From positions 1,093 to 65,092 of the forward strand of contig CACGWW010000006.1 in NCBI GenBank assembly GCA_902576905.1: a DNA stretch of 64,000 nt, in the 5' to 3' direction. Both the position numbers and the translations under genes were made by a program. The stretch's first letter is position 1. Every line of letters starts with the position of its first letter. Positions 9,416 through 18,684 of the stretch are shown here, in pieces. This DNA comes from an uncultured Alphaproteobacteria bacterium. Its GTDB lineage: Bacteria; Pseudomonadota; Alphaproteobacteria; Rhodobacterales; Rhodobacteraceae. The notes below the pieces were generated by a model, which worked only from the letters and a program-made list of their open reading frames with translations, did no database searches and was not told where the DNA came from.

Positions 9416-10462
9416 TACCATATTTGTCGCATTTTTTTTGACTATCTTGCAGTCCTTAAATCCTGCCTGCTCCAACACCTCAATTAGTTTAGCGGGTCCA
9501 GCTTGAGCTCCCAATGCTAAGCCAACCTCCTGAGATTTTGAAACCGGTATACATCCCATAGTTGAGAATGAATAATACATTTGTCCAAAAATGTTAAAGT
9601 TTTCCTCTGGTTTATCATTTGCTGTTGGCTCAATCAGAATAACCGCCCCGCCCTCGTTTAGGTGATCATAGGCATATTTTGCAGCTCCTACAGGATCGCC
9701 CATGTCATGCAGGCAATCAAAAAAAGCTATATAATCAAACTTGCCCTCATAACTTTTTGAATCCGCTATCTCATATTTTATCTTGTCTAATATTCCGGCA
9801 CTATCAGCTAGTTTTTTTGCTTCCTCTATTGATGGTCCATGGATATCAAATCCCGCTACACTTGCATTAGGAAATGCTTGTGCGACCATTAATGTAGATA
9901 GTCCGTGTCCACACCCAACGTCTGCAAAGCTTCCACCAGCCTTCAATTTTTCGCCGAAACCATCAATCATTGGAAGCCATTTTTCTATTAGGTTTACTTG
10001 ATAAGATGGTTTAAAAAATCTGGCAGTTCCAGTAAAGCAAAGTGGGCAGGCATTTTCATAGGCTACACCATTTCCTGTTTTAAAGGCTTCTAGTACTTTC
10101 TCCTCAGCATATACTTGTCCTGCTAGAACTTCATACGCGCCCAACATGTTAGCTGGCCCTTCTTCATCTGCAAAAACTGCTTTTTGTTCAGGTGATAATG
10201 AAAATTCCTCTTTTTCTCCATCATAAGATACAAAGTCAGTAGCGGATAAAGCATATAGCCATTCTCTTAAATAACGCTCATCAACTTTGGCTTTTTCAGC
10301 AAACTTTTTGGAAGTAATGGGTCCTAATGCAGAAAGTTTTTGAAAGAGTCCTAACTGATCACCTATTCGCATAAGTGGTATTAATGCTGATGCTGCAACA
10401 TCTTTCATTATCTTAAACTGAAGTTTTTTTAATTTTTCAACATCTAAGTTAGTGTCTAACAT
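9398..10462 (-). CDS. Class I SAM-dependent methyltransferase with an N-terminal winged-helix-like domain
   Basis: SAM motif I is DVGCGHGL, with an acidic post-I residue and the C-terminal fold. Overlaps the MFS gene tail-to-tail by 18 nt. Confidence 0.75.
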   Translation of the reverse strand: MLDTNLDVEKLKKLQFKIMKDVAASALIPLMRIGDQLGLFQKLSALGPITSKKFAEKAKVDERYLREWLYALSATDFVSYDGEKEEFSLSPEQKAVFADEEGPANMLGAYEVLAGQVYAEEKVLEAFKTGNGVAYENACPLCFTGTARFFKPSYQVNLIEKWLPMIDGFGEKLKAGGSFADVGCGHGLSTLMVAQAFPNASVAGFDIHGPSIEEAKKLADSAGILDKIKYEIADSKSYEGKFDYIAFFDCLHDMGDPVGAAKYAYDHLNEGGAVILIEPTANDKPEENFNIFGQMYYSFSTMGCIPVSKSQEVGLALGAQAGPAKLIEVLEQAGFKDCKIVKKNATNMVLEARK

Positions 10463-10493
10463 TTTTTCCTCCTCTAAATATGCGTTCTGTTAC

Positions 10494-11501
10494 TCAGTTG
10501 ACTTTGATTAACAACTTTCCAAAATTGTCACCTCTTAAAAGACCCTGAAAAGCTTCAACCATATTGTCCAAGCCTTCTACTATATCCTCTCTATATTTTA
10601 GCTTCCCTTCCAAATACCACTTTTCTAAATGCTGCATTGCTTCTAGTTGTTGCTCAGGAAATTCTCTTACAATAAATCCTTGTATTCTCAATCGCCAAGT
10701 TAGAACATTTCTAAAGAGCATCGGCAGACGATCTTCTTCCAATTGCTGGCTTTGATTATTATACATTGAGATTACGCCACAAACTGGAATTCTTGCAAAA
10801 TCTCGGAGATGAGGATATACGGCATTGAATGTTTTCCCTCCAACATTTTCCCAATATATGTCGATGCCATCTTTGCAAATTTCTCCTAGTTTTTTTTCGA
10901 AATTATCCTCGTTGTAATTCAGACAATGATCAAAGCCTAATTCATTTTTTACATAAATCGATTTTTCTTCATTACCTACAACCCCTATTACATTACAGCC
11001 ATAAATTTTTCCAATTTGCCCTACGACAGATCCAACAGCTCCTGAAGCCGCAGATACAACTAACGTCTCTCCCTCTTTTGGATTCCCAATATTCATCATT
11101 CCTATATAAGCAGTTCTACCAGGCATTCCCAACGTCCCAAGAGCTAGACTTAAAGGAAGATCAGGATTGTGAACCTTTTCTATAACTATATCCGAAACCA
11201 ACGGCATTGTTTGCCATCCAGTTCTACCGATAACAATATCACCTTTGTTAAAGGTATCACTTTGACTTTCTATAACTTCAGAAACAGCTTCTCCCTCCAT
11301 TACAGTTCCTAGTTCCACGGGCTTCGCATAACTGCGCCCCGCGTTCATCCTTCCTCTCATATAGGGATCTAAAGACAAATAAATTGACTTTAATTGTACT
11401 TGACCGGGTTGAACTAGTTTTAGATCCTCTTCAACAATTTGAAAATTCTCTTTTAAAGGTTCTTTATCTGGTCGTGATTTAAGAATTATTTTTCTGTTCA
11501 T
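10494..11501 (-). CDS. NADP-dependent oxidoreductase, medium-chain dehydrogenase/reductase family (alkenal/one reductase-like)
   Basis: 335 aa with the AASGAVGSVVGQ nucleotide-binding motif. The layout matches YncB/CurA/LTB4-dehydrogenase-type MDRs. Confidence 0.8.
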   Translation of the reverse strand: MNRKIILKSRPDKEPLKENFQIVEEDLKLVQPGQVQLKSIYLSLDPYMRGRMNAGRSYAKPVELGTVMEGEAVSEVIESQSDTFNKGDIVIGRTGWQTMPLVSDIVIEKVHNPDLPLSLALGTLGMPGRTAYIGMMNIGNPKEGETLVVSAASGAVGSVVGQIGKIYGCNVIGVVGNEEKSIYVKNELGFDHCLNYNEDNFEKKLGEICKDGIDIYWENVGGKTFNAVYPHLRDFARIPVCGVISMYNNQSQQLEEDRLPMLFRNVLTWRLRIQGFIVREFPEQQLEAMQHLEKWYLEGKLKYREDIVEGLDNMVEAFQGLLRGDNFGKLLIKVN

Positions 11502-11516
11502 ATTCCATCCTACCCA

Positions 11517-12521
11517 TTAAAGGTTTGTTTTGAAAAATTTAGGAAGATTATCTTCATAAATTTCGGAGTGTGATAGCACACCTTCTGTATGATCTGCTCC
11601 TTCTAATGGAAAAAATATTATTTTACCATTTATACTCTTCACATATTCAACTAATTGTTCGGAGTGGAAAAAAGGCACTCTAGTATCTTTTTTCCCGTGA
11701 AAAACTAGCATTGGCCTATCCTGCAAGTCACTAAGCGCTTCTTTAGGCATATTCTTATCAAAGAAAATGCCGTGAAATTTAGCAGCGAAAATTGCAAGCT
11801 GCCACGTAAACCCAGGCACACCGTGGTATTCCAACTCATGTTGAACAATAGAGTCCCAATCAAAAACTCCGCTGTCGAGTGAAAATGCTCCAAGATCTTT
11901 TCTATTTTTTATCAAAAAATAAGTACCCAGACCTCCTCCTGATACGGCATGAATTCCAATGTTTCTCTCAGGTATTCCTTTTTTGTCAACAAGATATTCG
12001 ATCGCTGCATCAACATCCTTCCATTCTTTAGTTCCTGCAAAGTGCCATCCATCTGGACATGAACTTTCTCCATGGTTTCTAACGTCAATCATCAAAACAT
12101 TTAATCCCGAATTCGCAATTATATTTGCTGGTATTAATTGGTTAAATTCTTTCTTTGAACCATTAATGCCATGAACAACAATAACCGTTCGCTTTTCACT
12201 TTCTTCATCAGCGGGTATCCACCAAGAACTAATATCTATACCATCTTCTGTATTTTCTATTGTTACGCTTTCGTACTTTTTATTTTTTAGGTACCACTGT
12301 GAAAGGTCCGTATCCACAAGTTGTGACCATTTATCACCTCTAAATGGACCTTGTCCTTTTGCATTAGTGACAAACCTTATAGGATTGTTCGCTTCTATTT
12401 TTTCATGGTTTGAGCATGAAACCGGTAAAGCTTGCCAAAGTATAAATTCACCCACAGCAAGGCATAAAATAAATATTGAAATGACAAGAAAAGAAGCATA
12501 TTTCACGATCGAAGCCGACAT
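11517..12521 (-). CDS. Membrane-anchored alpha/beta hydrolase
   Basis: N-terminal TM helix, a nucleophile elbow (HAVSGGG), and downstream Asp/His candidates (KKDTRVP, ADHTE). Confidence 0.7.
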   Translation of the reverse strand: MSASIVKYASFLVISIFILCLAVGEFILWQALPVSCSNHEKIEANNPIRFVTNAKGQGPFRGDKWSQLVDTDLSQWYLKNKKYESVTIENTEDGIDISSWWIPADEESEKRTVIVVHGINGSKKEFNQLIPANIIANSGLNVLMIDVRNHGESSCPDGWHFAGTKEWKDVDAAIEYLVDKKGIPERNIGIHAVSGGGLGTYFLIKNRKDLGAFSLDSGVFDWDSIVQHELEYHGVPGFTWQLAIFAAKFHGIFFDKNMPKEALSDLQDRPMLVFHGKKDTRVPFFHSEQLVEYVKSINGKIIFFPLEGADHTEGVLSHSEIYEDNLPKFFKTNL

Positions 12522-12637
12522 TAATACATGTTGAGGGAGAAAACCTCAAATATCTACAAAAAAGTTCAAATTTTAGATGTTCACAAAATTTTTTTTGTAG
12601 TAGCATTTCCCCATACTAACTATTTTGAGGAACTTTG

Positions 12638-13801
12638 ATGACATTATTTACTCCGACTTCTAAATGGCAAATGGAAGAACACCAATTATTTACAGACAGT
12701 GTAAAGAAATTTTTTATAGACGAAGTAAAACCCAATCTGGACGAGTGGGGTAAAAAACAACAAGTCGACAGGACCTTATGGAATAAGGCAGGAGATGCTG
12801 GAATTTTAGGAAGCTCAATACCTGAAGAATTCGGTGGCTTCGGCGGTGATTTAGGGTTCGATGCGATCACTTTATATGAACTTGGAAGAACAGCGGGAGA
12901 CTCTGGTAGCTGGGGATATGCGATCCAATCAATAGTTGTTCATTACATCAACGCATATGGTACCGATGAACAGAAGAAAAGATGGCTTCCAAAACTTTCA
13001 ACTGGTGAATACGTGGCTTCTCTTGCTATGACAGAACCCAGTACTGGATCAGATGTTCAAGCAATTAAAACAACTGCAGAAAAAGATGGAAATCAATATA
13101 AAATTAATGGATCAAAAATATTTATAACAAATGGTGGCTCAGCTGACCTCATTGTTTTAGCGGCAAAGACAAATAAAAATGAAAAATCGAAAGGTGTATC
13201 ATTGGTAGTCGTTGAAACAAAAGACCTAGAAGGCTTCTCAAGGGGAAAACCTCTAAAGAAACTAGGTCAAAAAGGTAATGACACATGTGAATTGTTTTTT
13301 GAAGATGTGAAGGTTCCTTTAACAAATTTGCTTGGGAGTGAAGAAGGCCAAGGTTTTTATCAGTTGATGAAGCAGTTGCCATGGGAAAGATTAGCAATTG
13401 GTATCGGCGCTCTGGGAAACATAGACTTTGCGCTCGAAGAGACAATTAAATATGTAAAAGATAGGAAAGCCTTTGATAAGCGAATTATGGATTTTCAAAA
13501 TACTCGTTTTCAACTCGCTGAAATGAAAACTAAGGCTGAGGTTCTTAGGTCCTTTATTAATGATTGTGTCGATAGGGTTAAGCAGGGTTCTCTTGATGCT
13601 GCTACGGCTTCAATGGCAAAATACTGGGGAAGCCAAACCCAAAATGAGATTATGGATGGATGTTTACAACTTCATGGTGGATACGGTTTTATAATGGAAT
13701 ATCCTATCGCTCGAATGTACGCGGATGCCCGTGTGCAGTCGATCTACGGAGGGACTAATGAGATCATGAAGGAATTAATTGCCAGGTCATTGGACGACTA
13801 A
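12638..13801 (+). CDS. Acyl-CoA dehydrogenase
   Basis: Canonical ACAD length and motifs (LAMTEPSTGSD, YGGTNEI). GAGGAA lies 5 nt upstream of the ATG at 12638. Confidence 0.9.
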   Translation: MTLFTPTSKWQMEEHQLFTDSVKKFFIDEVKPNLDEWGKKQQVDRTLWNKAGDAGILGSSIPEEFGGFGGDLGFDAITLYELGRTAGDSGSWGYAIQSIVVHYINAYGTDEQKKRWLPKLSTGEYVASLAMTEPSTGSDVQAIKTTAEKDGNQYKINGSKIFITNGGSADLIVLAAKTNKNEKSKGVSLVVVETKDLEGFSRGKPLKKLGQKGNDTCELFFEDVKVPLTNLLGSEEGQGFYQLMKQLPWERLAIGIGALGNIDFALEETIKYVKDRKAFDKRIMDFQNTRFQLAEMKTKAEVLRSFINDCVDRVKQGSLDAATASMAKYWGSQTQNEIMDGCLQLHGGYGFIMEYPIARMYADARVQSIYGGTNEIMKELIARSLDD

Positions 13802-13806
13802 TTAGA

Positions 13807-14916
13807 ATGGAGGATCACAACAACACTGGCGGACCTTTATCCGGTTTAAAAGTGGTTGAATTCGATGGGCTTGGGCCAACTCCGTTTTCCGCTATGCAGT
13901 TGGCAGATATGGGTGCCAATGTAATTAGGATTGCTCGAAAAACAGGAACCCAGGCTGCCAATCAATTTACCGATGTTGTTATTAGAAATAGATCTTATAT
14001 AGAGCTAGATCTTAAGGATGTTGATGACATCGCTAGCGCGAAGAAAATTGTATCCCATTCTGACATTTTAATAGAAGGGTTTCGACCAGGCGTTATGGAA
14101 AGATTGGGCTTAGGGCCTTTAGAGATGCTTTCAGCAAACAAAAAGCTCGTTTATGGAAGAATGACGGGGTGGGGTCAGAAAGGGCCTCTCAGTAATACAG
14201 CAGGTCACGATATTAATTATATTTCTATTTCTGGCGCACTTCACGCTATTGGGACCAAAGATACTCCAATAGCGCCACTAAATCTTTTGGGAGATTTTGC
14301 AGCAGGTTCAATGTATTTAGTTTTCGGAATCCTATGTGCCGTTTTACATGCGAAGCAGACTGGTCAGGGGCAAGTCGTCGATGGCTCCATCGTGGACGGA
14401 ACTGCCAATTTGATGGCAATGATGTACTCTATGTTTAATTTTAAACAATGGGAAGATAGACGAGACATTAATCTTCTTGATGGGGGTGCGCCTTTTTACA
14501 CAACTTATAAAACTTCTGATAGTCGGCATATTTCAGTTGGTGCTATTGAAGATAAGTTTTACCTAGAGTTTATTACAAAACTTGATTTAAAACTTGATGA
14601 ACTTCCAAACAGAACAGATAAATCTAATTGGCCGAAGCTAAAAGATATATTTCAAGAAATTATCAAGACAAAAACTATGAGAGAGTGGGAGGAGATTTAC
14701 TTTGGGACAGACGCATGCGTTGCCCCTGTTTTAAACTTTGAGGAAGCTTTTGTCGATCCTCATAATAAATACCGAGGAATTTTTCCTGAGGCTTTTAATA
14801 TTATTCAACCAAAACCGGCACCCGATCTATCCGTAACTCCAGCACCAAAAATTACAGATAAGCATAGGATTAAATTGACTAAAGCCGAGTTGTTTAGCCA
14901 GTGGGGTATTAGCTAA
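13807..14916 (+). CDS. Family III CoA-transferase (CaiB/BaiF), alpha-methylacyl-CoA racemase-like
   Basis: The N-terminus GPLSGLKVVEFDGLGPTPFSAMQLADMGANVIRI is typical of the CaiB/AMACR family. Confidence 0.85.
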   Translation: MEDHNNTGGPLSGLKVVEFDGLGPTPFSAMQLADMGANVIRIARKTGTQAANQFTDVVIRNRSYIELDLKDVDDIASAKKIVSHSDILIEGFRPGVMERLGLGPLEMLSANKKLVYGRMTGWGQKGPLSNTAGHDINYISISGALHAIGTKDTPIAPLNLLGDFAAGSMYLVFGILCAVLHAKQTGQGQVVDGSIVDGTANLMAMMYSMFNFKQWEDRRDINLLDGGAPFYTTYKTSDSRHISVGAIEDKFYLEFITKLDLKLDELPNRTDKSNWPKLKDIFQEIIKTKTMREWEEIYFGTDACVAPVLNFEEAFVDPHNKYRGIFPEAFNIIQPKPAPDLSVTPAPKITDKHRIKLTKAELFSQWGIS

Positions 14917-14917
14917 A

Positions 14918-15595
14918 ATGTATGTTTCAGAAGCTGTAAAATCAAGATTTTCTTGCAGAGCATTTACTGAGAAACCTGTCTCCAAGGAATTAATCACGGA
15001 AATTTTGGACGTCGCTAAACGAGCTCCATCGGGAGGCAACCTTCAGCCATGGCATATTCATGCAATATCAGGAAAGAAACTTGATCAGATAGTTTCGGAT
15101 ATTGAATCAAAAATCACAGATATGCCTATGGGGGAAAAAACGGAATATGACGTATATCCGCCAAACCTTTGGGAACCTTATAGAAGTCGACGCTTTAAAT
15201 GTGGCGAAGATTTATACAAAAGCATAAATATACCAAGGGAAGATAGGGGCGCACGGTTAAATCAACTGGCTAAAAATTTACGCTTTTTTGGTGCTCCGGT
15301 CGGGCTATTTGTTTACATCGATAGAAAGATGGGACCTCCCCAATGGTCAGATGTTGGGATGTTTCTGCAAACTATTATGTTAATAGCAAGAGAGAAAGGC
15401 TTACATAGTTGTGCTCAGGAGGCATGGGCGATGTGGCATTCCACTGTAGACAAACACCTTGTTGTAGATAACAAATTTATGCTCTTCTGCGGAATGGGTA
15501 TCGGGTATGCTGATGAGAGTCATCCTATTAACTCATGGAGAACCGACCGTGAAGCAGTCGACGGTTTTACTACATTTTATGGCTTTGACAAGTGA
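14918..15595 (+). CDS. Nitroreductase family protein
   Basis: 225 aa with the RFSCRAF...PSGGNLQPW motif of FMN nitroreductases. Confidence 0.8.
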   Translation: MYVSEAVKSRFSCRAFTEKPVSKELITEILDVAKRAPSGGNLQPWHIHAISGKKLDQIVSDIESKITDMPMGEKTEYDVYPPNLWEPYRSRRFKCGEDLYKSINIPREDRGARLNQLAKNLRFFGAPVGLFVYIDRKMGPPQWSDVGMFLQTIMLIAREKGLHSCAQEAWAMWHSTVDKHLVVDNKFMLFCGMGIGYADESHPINSWRTDREAVDGFTTFYGFDK

Positions 15596-15618
15596 TGTGG
15601 TGAAATAATACCATCGTT

Positions 15619-16545
15619 ATGAAATCAATGGAGTTACAACAAACAATAGAAGACCTCAAAGCAGGTAACAGGCTAGCTTTATCAAAATTCTTAACCCATG
15701 TAGAGACCAGTGACAATCCAATAGAATTGGTCTTGAAGCTTTATGATAAAGCAGAGCGCACAACTCCAATAATTGGGGTAACTGGATTCCCTGGGGCAGG
15801 CAAATCGAGTTTGATAAATAGCTTCATAAGTATCCTTAGATCGAAAGAAAAGAAAATTGGCGTGATTGCTATCGACCCCAGCAGCTTAATTTCTGGAGGC
15901 TCGCTTCTCGGTGATAGGACTAGAATGGAACAGCATTCTTCCGACGACAATGTCTTTATAAGGTCACTATCGTCAGATGGTGCATTGGGTGGAATATCTC
16001 ACAAAAGTTTTCTTCTATCACTGGTTATGGCCACTTTCGACTTTGATTTTATTTTCGTTGAGACTGTTGGGGTTGGGCAATCTGAATCAGATATTACCAA
16101 ACTAGCAGATCTCTCAATTCTTACTTTAGCCCCAGGACTTGGAGATAGTATCCAGGCGATGAAAGGTGGAGTTTTGGAAATAGTAGATTTAATCTTAGTT
16201 AATAAATCCGACAAACCAGAATCCGCACAAACATTCCACCAAATAAAGGCTATAATTGATATGGCTCAGGCTCCCAATGGTAAAAATATCAAAATAATGA
16301 TTACTAATCAAAAAGACCGAGAAGAAAATACTAAAATAATTACCCACATTGAAAATTATTTAGAGAAGAGACCAAAATTAGAGAAAAGTAAAGAAAGTTA
16401 TTTGTGGTTCGTACGTCAAATACTTTATGAAAAAATAGAAAAGAGCCTCTTTGATCAAGAAGTATATGCGAAACTAAATCAAGAAACTTTCAATGAAAAA
16501 GATATTAGTGAAATTGTTAAACGTATTATTAAAGAATTAAAATAA
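15619..16545 (+). CDS. meaB: MeaB/ArgK-type G3E P-loop GTPase
   Basis: Walker A GFPGAGKSSL, then IAIDPSS, GGSLLGDRTRM, VETVGVGQSE and NKSD. All are signature MeaB/ArgK motifs. Confidence 0.8.
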   Translation: MKSMELQQTIEDLKAGNRLALSKFLTHVETSDNPIELVLKLYDKAERTTPIIGVTGFPGAGKSSLINSFISILRSKEKKIGVIAIDPSSLISGGSLLGDRTRMEQHSSDDNVFIRSLSSDGALGGISHKSFLLSLVMATFDFDFIFVETVGVGQSESDITKLADLSILTLAPGLGDSIQAMKGGVLEIVDLILVNKSDKPESAQTFHQIKAIIDMAQAPNGKNIKIMITNQKDREENTKIITHIENYLEKRPKLEKSKESYLWFVRQILYEKIEKSLFDQEVYAKLNQETFNEKDISEIVKRIIKELK

Positions 16546-16552
16546 CTGTATC

Positions 16553-16891
16553 TTAATGGTGATCATCTCGGAGATGCTTTATTTGAGACAAAACTTCTCT
16601 TTTGAAATCATCCCGATAAGTCATCGCTTTACTTAAAATCAATTCTTCCAGTGCCTCAAGCCAACTACCATAATAATAATCTAAATCGTCTTCCATGCTC
16701 ACTGACTTGTCCTTAAGCTTATTACCCAGAGTAGCAGTCCAAAGCGCCCAATCGAAAACTTTTTTTTCATACAAAGAAATGGTAAGTGCAAATAATTCAC
16801 AATGCCATGGTGCAGAAAAAACTTCGCTGCCTTGAGGTAATGGTATTGGTTTATCACTTGAATTTTTCAATATAGCTTTCCCATAAATCAA
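16553..16891 (-). CDS. Nitrile hydratase accessory (activator) protein, start uncertain
   Basis: A small protein directly downstream of the beta subunit, with beta-subunit-like N-terminal similarity (APWHCELFALTISL versus WEKEVFAITLAL). The TTG start overlaps the beta stop. Confidence 0.6.
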   Translation of the reverse strand: MIYGKAILKNSSDKPIPLPQGSEVFSAPWHCELFALTISLYEKKVFDWALWTATLGNKLKDKSVSMEDDLDYYYGSWLEALEELILSKAMTYRDDFKREVLSQIKHLRDDHH

Positions 16892-17522
16892 CTACTACTG
16901 TGTCCTCAAAATACTCACATTTATCCCATAAATCTTGGCTCTTAAATTCTACTGAGTAGAGTGCCTCCGGATTTTCCCCCAAAAAATGAGCGTTTGTATC
17001 TGGAAATACATGGTTACCGTGATAGGCAATGACCTTACCAGTTCTTCCCTTTACATAGTCTGGTAATCTTGTATGACCTTTTTCAACTTTTGTATTACTG
17101 TTATTAGCTCTTACGGAAACGGTCTCTCCTAAGTTGAATTTTTTCTCTGTGGTACTTTCTCTTTTGGTTGGTCCCCCCATATTCAACAATTTTTTTACAT
17201 TTTTTGCTTCTAAAATGCGAAAAGAGCTTTTTTTAAAATTGCCTCCTTTTTCTTGCCCATCTTTAATAATACCATTTTCACCCAATAGGTTAATCAGACC
17301 AGCAAGCCATTTTTCAAAATAACCAAATTGTAGATAGTCTTTTGGCTCCAAAGACTCACGCGCATACCTAGACCTATCCAGATTCCATAAGCTTGAAAAA
17401 CCCAACGCTAAAGTTATAGCGAAAACTTCCTTTTCCCAATCTGCCTTAAATTTTACGTTACTTGACTTGATATCAATTCTTCGGGAGTCAAGCCGACCAC
17501 CCATATCATGCGCCTTAGACAT
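16854..17522 (-). CDS. nthB: Nitrile hydratase beta subunit
   Basis: 222 aa starting MSKAHDMGG, with the WEKEVFAITLAL motif. Translationally coupled to the alpha subunit (TAATG). Confidence 0.85.
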   Translation of the reverse strand: MSKAHDMGGRLDSRRIDIKSSNVKFKADWEKEVFAITLALGFSSLWNLDRSRYARESLEPKDYLQFGYFEKWLAGLINLLGENGIIKDGQEKGGNFKKSSFRILEAKNVKKLLNMGGPTKRESTTEKKFNLGETVSVRANNSNTKVEKGHTRLPDYVKGRTGKVIAYHGNHVFPDTNAHFLGENPEALYSVEFKSQDLWDKCEYFEDTVVVDLWESYIEKFK

Positions 17523-18142
17523 TATTCACCTGTTGGAGGCTTTGGAAAGCCTGTCCCTATCATACTATCACGCGTAACCCAACTCACTAATTCGTTTTCA
17601 CGCAATCCCTTAGAACCAGGTGGCTGTTGTGGCAGAACAAGATACCGTATCTCTGCAGTCGAATCCCAAACTTTAATTTTTTTTGATATTGGAAGTTTGA
17701 CATCAAAGTCGCTTAAAACTGCCCTGGGTTCTCTCACTGCTCGACTTCGGTAGGCATCCGACTTATACCAGCTAGGCGGCAATCCCAACAAAGGCCACGG
17801 ATAACAACTACAAAGGGTACAGACTATAAGATTATGGACTGTCTCAGTATTCTCTACCACCACAACATGTTCACCTTGACGACCATTAAGATCCATATCC
17901 TTTAACACCTGATCTGTATTATTTAATAGATCCTCTTTAAACTTTTTGTTTGTCCATGCTTTGGCAACTATCTTTGCACCATTTAAGGGCCCTACCTTAT
18001 TCTGATAGGTATCAAGAATTTCATCCAATGCTTTTTGATCAATGAGTCCTTCTTTTTCTAAGATCGACTTCAAAGCTTTAACCCTGGCGTCTGGATTACT
18101 TGGAAACTCTTTGTAAAATTGTTTTAAATTATCTTTTTTCAT
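17522..18142 (-). CDS. nthA: Nitrile hydratase alpha subunit, cobalt-type
   Basis: The metal-binding claw [10 protein letters not shown] has Thr in C-T-L-C-S-C and a following Tyr. That is the cobalt-type signature; the iron type is CSLCSCT. Confidence 0.9.
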   Translation of the reverse strand: MKKDNLKQFYKEFPSNPDARVKALKSILEKEGLIDQKALDEILDTYQNKVGPLNGAKIVAKAWTNKKFKEDLLNNTDQVLKDMDLNGRQGEHVVVVENTETVHNLIVCTLCSCYPWPLLGLPPSWYKSDAYRSRAVREPRAVLSDFDVKLPISKKIKVWDSTAEIRYLVLPQQPPGSKGLRENELVSWVTRDSMIGTGFPKPPTGE

Positions 18143-18591
18143 ATTTTGAGACTAATGTTGTCGTTGCATATTTCTATTGCTTCAATATATCCTTCTAGAC
18201 CCTTACCCATAATTACATAGTCCGCCCTCAAAGATACATATGAAAATTTCCTGAACTCTTCTCGCTTAGAAATATCGGATATATGAACTTCGATTACATA
18301 CCCAGTAAAAGAATTTAACGCATCAAGGATTGCGACTGACGTATGTGAATACGCAGCAGCATTTATAATTATACCATCTGAAGTCTTTATTGCCTCTTGA
18401 ATAAACATCACTAATTCCGATTCGGAATTACTTTGTTCAAATTTTATATTCATTGAACAAGCTTTGCCTTTACTCACACACATTTCCTCTAGATCTTTAA
18501 GCGTTCGAGATCCATATATTTCAGGCTGTCTTGTGCCAAGTAGGTTCAAGTTGGGCCCATTTAAAATTAAAATATTTTTTTGTTTGCTCAT
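18139..18591 (-). CDS. aroQ: Type II 3-dehydroquinate dehydratase
   Basis: 150 aa with [19 protein letters not shown] and the AAYSHTSVA motif. Overlaps nthA by 4 nt (ATGA). Confidence 0.9.
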   Translation of the reverse strand: MSKQKNILILNGPNLNLLGTRQPEIYGSRTLKDLEEMCVSKGKACSMNIKFEQSNSESELVMFIQEAIKTSDGIIINAAAYSHTSVAILDALNSFTGYVIEVHISDISKREEFRKFSYVSLRADYVIMGKGLEGYIEAIEICNDNISLKI

Positions 18592-18684
18592 TTTAACAAA
18601 ATTTCGTCCAAAATAATAAAAACCATTGCATAGTTCTTTTAATGATTTATATCAGAGTTCGAGTTTGTTTACGATAGGAGAAAA

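Noticed and set aside
12554-12600. A 10-bp inverted repeat CTACAAAAAA / TTTTTTGTAG upstream of the acyl-CoA dehydrogenase operon. I considered it as a possible operator or leader hairpin.
   Set aside because: The arms are mostly homopolymeric A/T in an AT-rich promoter region, so chance occurrence is likely and the stem would be weak.
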